A stretch of 63,965 nt of DNA, filler included, from an uncultured bacterium (GTDB taxonomy: Bacteria; Hinthialibacterota; Hinthialibacteria; Hinthialibacterales; Hinthialibacteraceae): assembly GCA_964449065.1 (NCBI GenBank). It is 3 parts of 3 records of this genome, joined end to end, with 100 filler letters (N's around TTAATTAATTAA, not from the genome) between each part and the next. Parts side by side here need not be neighbours in the genome. Positions count along the whole stretch, not along the records: positions 50,090 to 63,965 come from CAYVAZ010000124.1; 2 more parts are not named here. One strand, written 5' to 3'. Shown here piece after piece: positions 59,698 through 63,965 of this stretch. The notes below the pieces were generated by a model. It saw only the letters and a list, made by a program, of their open reading frames with translations. It did no database searches and had not been told where the DNA came from. The translations under genes and the position numbers were made by a program. Every line of letters starts with the position of its first letter. The first letter of the stretch is position 1.

Positions 59698-61242
59698 ATG
59701 GAGAAAATCATGGGCTTTAAAGAGGGGAAGAGCAGTCTGAAAATCCTGGCGATTGCTTTATTAGCACTGCTTATTGCATGGTGTCTGCTGCAACTGCCAG
59801 CGTGGAAAGATCAATGGCTGCATGGTTTTTATACCAATCAGCAGGTCTTGAAAGCGGTACAGACGGCGAATGATATCAATCCGTTTGTAACGGAAGACCA
59901 CAGTTTAGGCAGCCATATCCGGTTTCAAAATCTACTGCGGCAAGCCGGCGCCGAACAGCGGCTTTTGGAACACTATCAACAAACCGCCGAAAATTATCCC
60001 CAAGATGCCAATGTGCAGGCCTATTATGCCCGTGTATTAGAAGATGAAGAAAAGAAAGTCAACATATTAGAAAAAGCGCGGGAACTGAATCCGAATGATC
60101 CGGCGGTCTTATTTGTTTTGGCGGAACATCAATTACAAAACGGTCAAGCTAAAGAAACCCTAAAACTCATCCGGAATATGGACAGCGGTACATGGTATAT
60201 TCATGCGCTACGTGCAAAGGCTTATTCTCAAACCGGAGAGATTGAACAAGCGCGGAGTGAATATAGGAAAGCCATTCAGGCAGAGAATTCCCCTGCATCT
60301 GTTTTATTGTCTTACGCGGAATTTTTGCTGGAGAGTGGGCAGGAAGAAGCGGAAAGCCCCTTTAAAAAGTGGAGCGAAGACGAGCGAATCGAAGAGCCAT
60401 TGGCTTATGCCTATCATGCCTATTTTAGCGGGCAGGATATCCAGACTTTCGCGGAGGATCTGCCGAGCGGGGTGGGCTACGATCCCAAGGCGCTGCTGAT
60501 CTTAGCCAAGGCCGCCTTGCGCCGGGATGAAGTGAATACGGCGGAACGGCTGCTGCTGCGGGCAGAGCAATTTGCCCCGGAAAACCCCATGATTCGCTTT
60601 TACCGCGGTTTGGCGGCATTGCGGCAAGGAAACGAAGTGATGGCGGATACATTGCTGCATCCAAAAGAAAACTTGTCGGAGAAAGAACACGCGGAACTCG
60701 GTACGGCTTTATGGAAAGAAGGCCAAAAAGAGTTTGCCGTGAAGCATTTTCAACACGCGGGTGTTCATACACCGCCGAATCCGGAAGTAACAGTGGAACT
60801 GGTGAAGTATTATTTGGATCAAAATAAGTGTGAACATGCGGGGACCATTGTAGACAGAAATTTGAATCTATTTTTGAATCAGGGTGAAACCTCTTTGGCA
60901 ATCGGTCAGCAGCTCGAGGCATGTGGAGAATTCGAAAACGCGGCTGAATTATATGGCAGTGTATTAGATCATGATTTTCACAACAAAGAGGCCCGTGATT
61001 TACTTGCCAATGTGTATGTACAGCTGGGGGAAAAGAACCGCGCGATTCTCTTGTATGATGTTTATTTAAAAAATAACGCGAATGATGCCCATAGTTTTGC
61101 AAAAGTCGCCAAGATTCACAGGCATTTTGGGGATCATAAAAACGCCCGCGAGATTTTGGATTATGTGTTGAACAATCCGGATAAGTTTGAAGATATTTCC
61201 CTGGCAAAACGGCTGGACAAAGAGTGGAAAGAGAAAAGCTAA
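59698..61242 (+). CDS. Membrane-anchored tetratricopeptide-repeat protein
   Basis: N-terminal TM helix; repeated A..L.P and G...A..Y..A helical TPR patterns. Confidence 0.85.
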   Translation: MEKIMGFKEGKSSLKILAIALLALLIAWCLLQLPAWKDQWLHGFYTNQQVLKAVQTANDINPFVTEDHSLGSHIRFQNLLRQAGAEQRLLEHYQQTAENYPQDANVQAYYARVLEDEEKKVNILEKARELNPNDPAVLFVLAEHQLQNGQAKETLKLIRNMDSGTWYIHALRAKAYSQTGEIEQARSEYRKAIQAENSPASVLLSYAEFLLESGQEEAESPFKKWSEDERIEEPLAYAYHAYFSGQDIQTFAEDLPSGVGYDPKALLILAKAALRRDEVNTAERLLLRAEQFAPENPMIRFYRGLAALRQGNEVMADTLLHPKENLSEKEHAELGTALWKEGQKEFAVKHFQHAGVHTPPNPEVTVELVKYYLDQNKCEHAGTIVDRNLNLFLNQGETSLAIGQQLEACGEFENAAELYGSVLDHDFHNKEARDLLANVYVQLGEKNRAILLYDVYLKNNANDAHSFAKVAKIHRHFGDHKNAREILDYVLNNPDKFEDISLAKRLDKEWKEKS

Positions 61243-61429
61243 AGAAACTTCGTTTTATCTCAAAGATGCTCCTATTATTGTGTTTATACGGATTCAAATA
61301 AATTCTGTGTGATTCCTCCATAAAAGGGGAGCATCGGCTTCCAGCCGGTACCGCACACCGCATATTATTTCATTGAAGCGGTTTTACATGCCCAAGACAT
61401 TTTCGGGCAAAGGCCGGATCATTATGGCG

Positions 61430-61457
61430 TTGACAAAAGCTTATTCCCCGTAATAAT
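61430..61457 (+). promoter_or_regulatory. Possible sigma70 promoter of carA
   Basis: Perfect TTGACA at 61430 followed by TAATAAT at 61451-61457. Confidence 0.45.
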
Positions 61458-61575
61458 CAAACAGTATATATGATGCAAATGTATGAATTGTTGTAACTCA
61501 TTCAAATCGTATGGGTTAGATGTCTTTGCAGTTGGATGATCCTAAAAAAACTCTTTGTGAACCTATCAAAACAAT

Positions 61576-62739
61576 ATGGCCGAATTTTTCTTAAAACTAA
61601 CTCCACGCAATCCCGCCACACTCGTATTGGAAGACGGAACACTCTATCACGGACAATCGTTCGGGGCTGCCGGCGAAACGGGAGGAGAAGTGGTTTTTAA
61701 CACTTCCATGACCGGATATCAGGAAATCCTGACAGATCCCTCGTATTCCGGACAGCTGGTGACGATGACTTATCCCCTTATCGGAAACTATGGCGTCAAT
61801 GATGAAGATATGGAATCGACCCGGATACAAGCGGCGGGATTCATCATCAAAGAATTATCGCTGATCCCCAGCAACTGGCGCTGCAAGACTTCGTTGGAAG
61901 AGTGGATGAAGATACAAGGTGTGGTCGGCATTTTGGGTATTGATACCCGTGCTTTGGTACGCAAACTGCGGAACGTTGGGGTTATGCGTGGTGTGATTAC
62001 CACCGCCGATTGCAGTGAAGCGGAACTGAAAGAAAAGGTGGAAAAGATTCCGTCGATGGCCGGTCTGGATTTGGTGAAGACAAACACCTGCGAGAAGGTT
62101 TACGGGTGGGATGACCGGCTGCATGTATATCATCAATCACCCAAGTTTAAACGAAACAACGATGAACCGCTTAAGGTTACCGCGTTTGATTATGGGGTAA
62201 AACATAATATTTTGAGGCATTTAACCGAACGCGGCTGCCAAGTCAAGATTGTCCCCGCCGGTACCAGCGCGGAAGAAATTCTGGCGGATGATCCCGACGG
62301 TATTTTTATGTCAAACGGGCCGGGCGACCCGGAACCGGTTGATTACGCGGTAGAGACGGTCAAAAAATTATTGGGGAAAAAGCCGATCTTTGGCATCTGC
62401 TTAGGGCATCAAATTTTGGGGTTAGCCCTTGGGGGCAAAACATACAAATTGAAGTTTGGACACCGGGGCGCGAATCAACCCGTAAAAGAATTGGCGACCG
62501 GAAAAGTCGATATTACCTCACAGAATCACGGGTTCGCGATTGATTCAAAAAGTTTACCCGGCAATGTGAAAGAATCCTACATCAACCTGAATGATAACAC
62601 ATGCCAGGGGCTGGAATGCGAAGAGATGAAATGCTTTTCGGTGCAGTATCACCCGGAAGCATCGCCGGGGCCGCACGACGCCGCGCATCACTTTGACCGC
62701 TTCTTGGACCTGATGCTGGCGAATCGAAAAAAGAATTAA
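61576..62739 (+). CDS. carA: Carbamoyl-phosphate synthase small subunit
   Basis: GEVVFNTSMTGYQE, SNGPGDP, GICLGHQ, QYHPEASPGPHD. Confidence 0.98.
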   Translation: MAEFFLKLTPRNPATLVLEDGTLYHGQSFGAAGETGGEVVFNTSMTGYQEILTDPSYSGQLVTMTYPLIGNYGVNDEDMESTRIQAAGFIIKELSLIPSNWRCKTSLEEWMKIQGVVGILGIDTRALVRKLRNVGVMRGVITTADCSEAELKEKVEKIPSMAGLDLVKTNTCEKVYGWDDRLHVYHQSPKFKRNNDEPLKVTAFDYGVKHNILRHLTERGCQVKIVPAGTSAEEILADDPDGIFMSNGPGDPEPVDYAVETVKKLLGKKPIFGICLGHQILGLALGGKTYKLKFGHRGANQPVKELATGKVDITSQNHGFAIDSKSLPGNVKESYINLNDNTCQGLECEEMKCFSVQYHPEASPGPHDAAHHFDRFLDLMLANRKKN

Positions 62740-62742
62740 TGC

Positions 62743-62888
62743 AACCGCGAATGAACGCCAATACACGCGAATAAAGACAAGGCGTTCCGTTGATGAAAAG
62801 AAAGAGTATTTCATAAGCCGGTAGGTTTGATAAGAAGAACAGCGCGAGACAACCAAATATTCGCGTTCATTCGCGTGAATTCGCGGTT
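62743..62888. repeat. 146-bp unit with inverted 3x10-bp terminal arms, copy 1
   Basis: Left arm AACCGCGAAT-GAACGCCAAT-ACACGCGAAT, 86-bp core, right arm ATTCGCGTTC-ATTCGCGTGA-ATTCGCGGTT. Confidence 0.95.
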
Positions 62889-62912
62889 AATTTTTTATGG
62901 TGAGCACTACGA

Positions 62913-63003
62913 ATGCAAAGATCTTATAACAATCTTGATAGAGAGTTGTTGTTAAAAGAGGATGATCATCGGCGCAGCAATGAAGGTATCCAATGTTTTA
63001 GGG
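62913..63003 (+). pseudogene. Truncated 5' copy of the GxxExxY gene (8-bp internal deletion)
   Basis: Aligns to 63206-63304, then switches to a carA tail copy. Confidence 0.9.
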
Positions 63004-63032
63004 TGATGCTGGCGAATCGAAAAAAGAATTAA
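63004..63032 (+). repeat. Exact duplicate of the carA 3' end including the stop codon
   Basis: TGATGCTGGCGAATCGAAAAAAGAATTAA = 62711-62739. Confidence 0.93.
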
Positions 63033-63035
63033 TGC

Positions 63036-63181
63036 AACCGCGAATGAACGCCAATACACGCGAATAAAGACAAGGCGTTCCGTTGATGAAAAGAAAGAGT
63101 ATTTCATAAGCCGGTAGGTTTGATAAGAAGAACAGCGCGAGACAACCAAATATTCGCGTTCATTCGCGTGAATTCGCGGTT
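63036..63181. repeat. 146-bp unit, copy 2
   Basis: Identical to copy 1 by eye, offset 293 bp. Confidence 0.95.
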
Positions 63182-63205
63182 AATTTTTTTTGGTGAGCAC
63201 TACGA

Positions 63206-63610
63206 ATGCGAAGATCTTATAACAATCTTGATAGAGAGTTGTTGTTAAAAGAGGAAGTGTTTTTGATTATCGGTGCTGCAATGGAGGTATCCAATATTTT
63301 AGGGTGTGGCTTTCTAGAAGCGGTTTATCAAGAAGCACTGGCTGTGGAATTTAGAGAAAGAGATATACCATTTGAGGAACAGAAACATATACAAATCCAT
63401 TACAAAGGAAAAGAATTACAAAAAGAATATATTGCTGATTTCGTTTGCTTTCAACAAATTATTCTTGAAATTAAAGCAATCAGAAGGATATCGGAGATAG
63501 AAGAGGCTCAAATATTGAATTACTTAAAGGCGACAAAAATGCCTGTTGGATTAATCATCAATTTTGGGGATAGCCATTTAGAATGGCAGAGATTTGTTTG
63601 TACAAAATAA
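63206..63610 (+). CDS. GxxExxY protein (PD-(D/E)XK nuclease superfamily)
   Basis: LGCGFLEAVYQEAL motif, ADF.....IILEIKA (D..ExK), AQILNYLK, GLIINFG. Confidence 0.93.
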   Translation: MRRSYNNLDRELLLKEEVFLIIGAAMEVSNILGCGFLEAVYQEALAVEFRERDIPFEEQKHIQIHYKGKELQKEYIADFVCFQQIILEIKAIRRISEIEEAQILNYLKATKMPVGLIINFGDSHLEWQRFVCTK

Positions 63611-63614
63611 ATGC

Positions 63615-63760
63615 AACCGCGAATGAACGCCAATACACGCGAATAAAGACAAGGCGTTTCGTTGATGAAAAAGAAGAGTATTTCATAAGCCGGTAGGATT
63701 GATAAGAAGAACAGCGTGAGACAACCAAATATTCGCGTTCATTCGCGTGAATTCGCGGTT
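63615..63760. repeat. 146-bp unit, copy 3
   Basis: Arms identical to copies 1 and 2; about 5 substitutions, all in the core. Confidence 0.95.
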
Positions 63761-63784
63761 AAATTTATTTGGTGAGCACTACGA

Positions 63785-63886
63785 ATGCAAAGATATTATA
63801 ACAATCTTGATAGGAAGTTATTGTTAAAAGAGGAAGTGTTTTTGATTATCGGTGTTGCAATGGAGGTATCCAATGCTTTAGGGTAA
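63785..63886 (+). pseudogene. Second truncated 5' copy of the GxxExxY gene
   Basis: MQRYYNNLDRKLLLKEEVFLIIGVAMEVSNALG*, same breakpoint as the first fragment. Confidence 0.9.
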
Positions 63887-63912
63887 TGCTGGAGAATCGT
63901 AAACAGAATTAA
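63884..63912 (+). repeat. Diverged duplicate of the carA 3' end
   Basis: TAATGCTGGAGAATCGTAAACAGAATTAA, 4 mismatches to 62711-62739. Confidence 0.88.
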
Positions 63913-63915
63913 TGC

Positions 63916-63965
63916 AACCGCGAATGAACGCCAATACACGCGAATAAAGACAAGGCGTTTCGTTG
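63916..63965. repeat. 146-bp unit, copy 4 (cut by the window end)
   Basis: Left arm plus start of the core, carrying the copy-3 variant GGCGTTTCG. Confidence 0.9.

Noticed and set aside
60425..61363. 312-aa minus-strand ORF and other long antisense ORFs
   Set aside because: They are shadows of well-supported genes on the opposite strand and have no recognisable motifs.
62554..63149. Duplicated minus-strand ORFs MVVSRCSSYQ..
   Set aside because: Antisense translations of the 146-bp unit with no independent coding evidence.
62743..63965. CRISPR array interpretation of the terminal repeats
   Set aside because: Units are 146 bp, the intervening sequences are gene fragments rather than unique spacers, and no cas genes are present.

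Overview
Bacterial genomic DNA, probably from a draft or metagenome assembly. Three unrelated contig pieces are joined by artificial N-TTAATTAATTAA-N linkers at 25255-25354 and 49990-50089, so adjacency across those points is not real. The paralogous pseudopilin-like genes and Tat-exported sulfatases suggest a PVC-adjacent lineage such as Sumerlaeota/Hinthialibacterota (inference only). Segment 1 (1-25254) holds queF, a GH51 arabinofuranosidase, arsM with a decayed arsR, GT2/IS4/DUF433 debris and fumC. fumC is followed by three toxin-antitoxin pairs interrupted by a diverged copy of the fumC 3' end, then an AT-rich ECF-sigma island bounded by a 48-bp direct repeat, and a sulfatase/lactonase/deacetylase cluster. 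Segment 2 (25355-49989) holds gltX, STAS, Maf, nrdR, glyA, a YwlE-RpiB fusion, gatA and the S10-spc-alpha ribosomal cluster (no adk), ending in the 3' end of tuf. Segment 3 (50090-63965) holds a DegT aminotransferase, an epimerase, hflKC, a kinase plus an enolase paralogue with altered active-site residues, two pseudopilin-like genes, a TPR gene and carA. The best candidate for an undescribed system is the array directly after carA: a GxxExxY (PD-(D/E)XK-like) gene interleaved with four 146-bp units bounded by inverted triplets of a 10-bp motif, truncated GxxExxY copies and duplicated carA tails, with solo arms of the same unit elsewhere in the window. Together with the fumC locus this suggests a mechanism that inserts small cargo genes at housekeeping-gene 3' ends. 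Several other families of short palindromic intergenic repeats are present.
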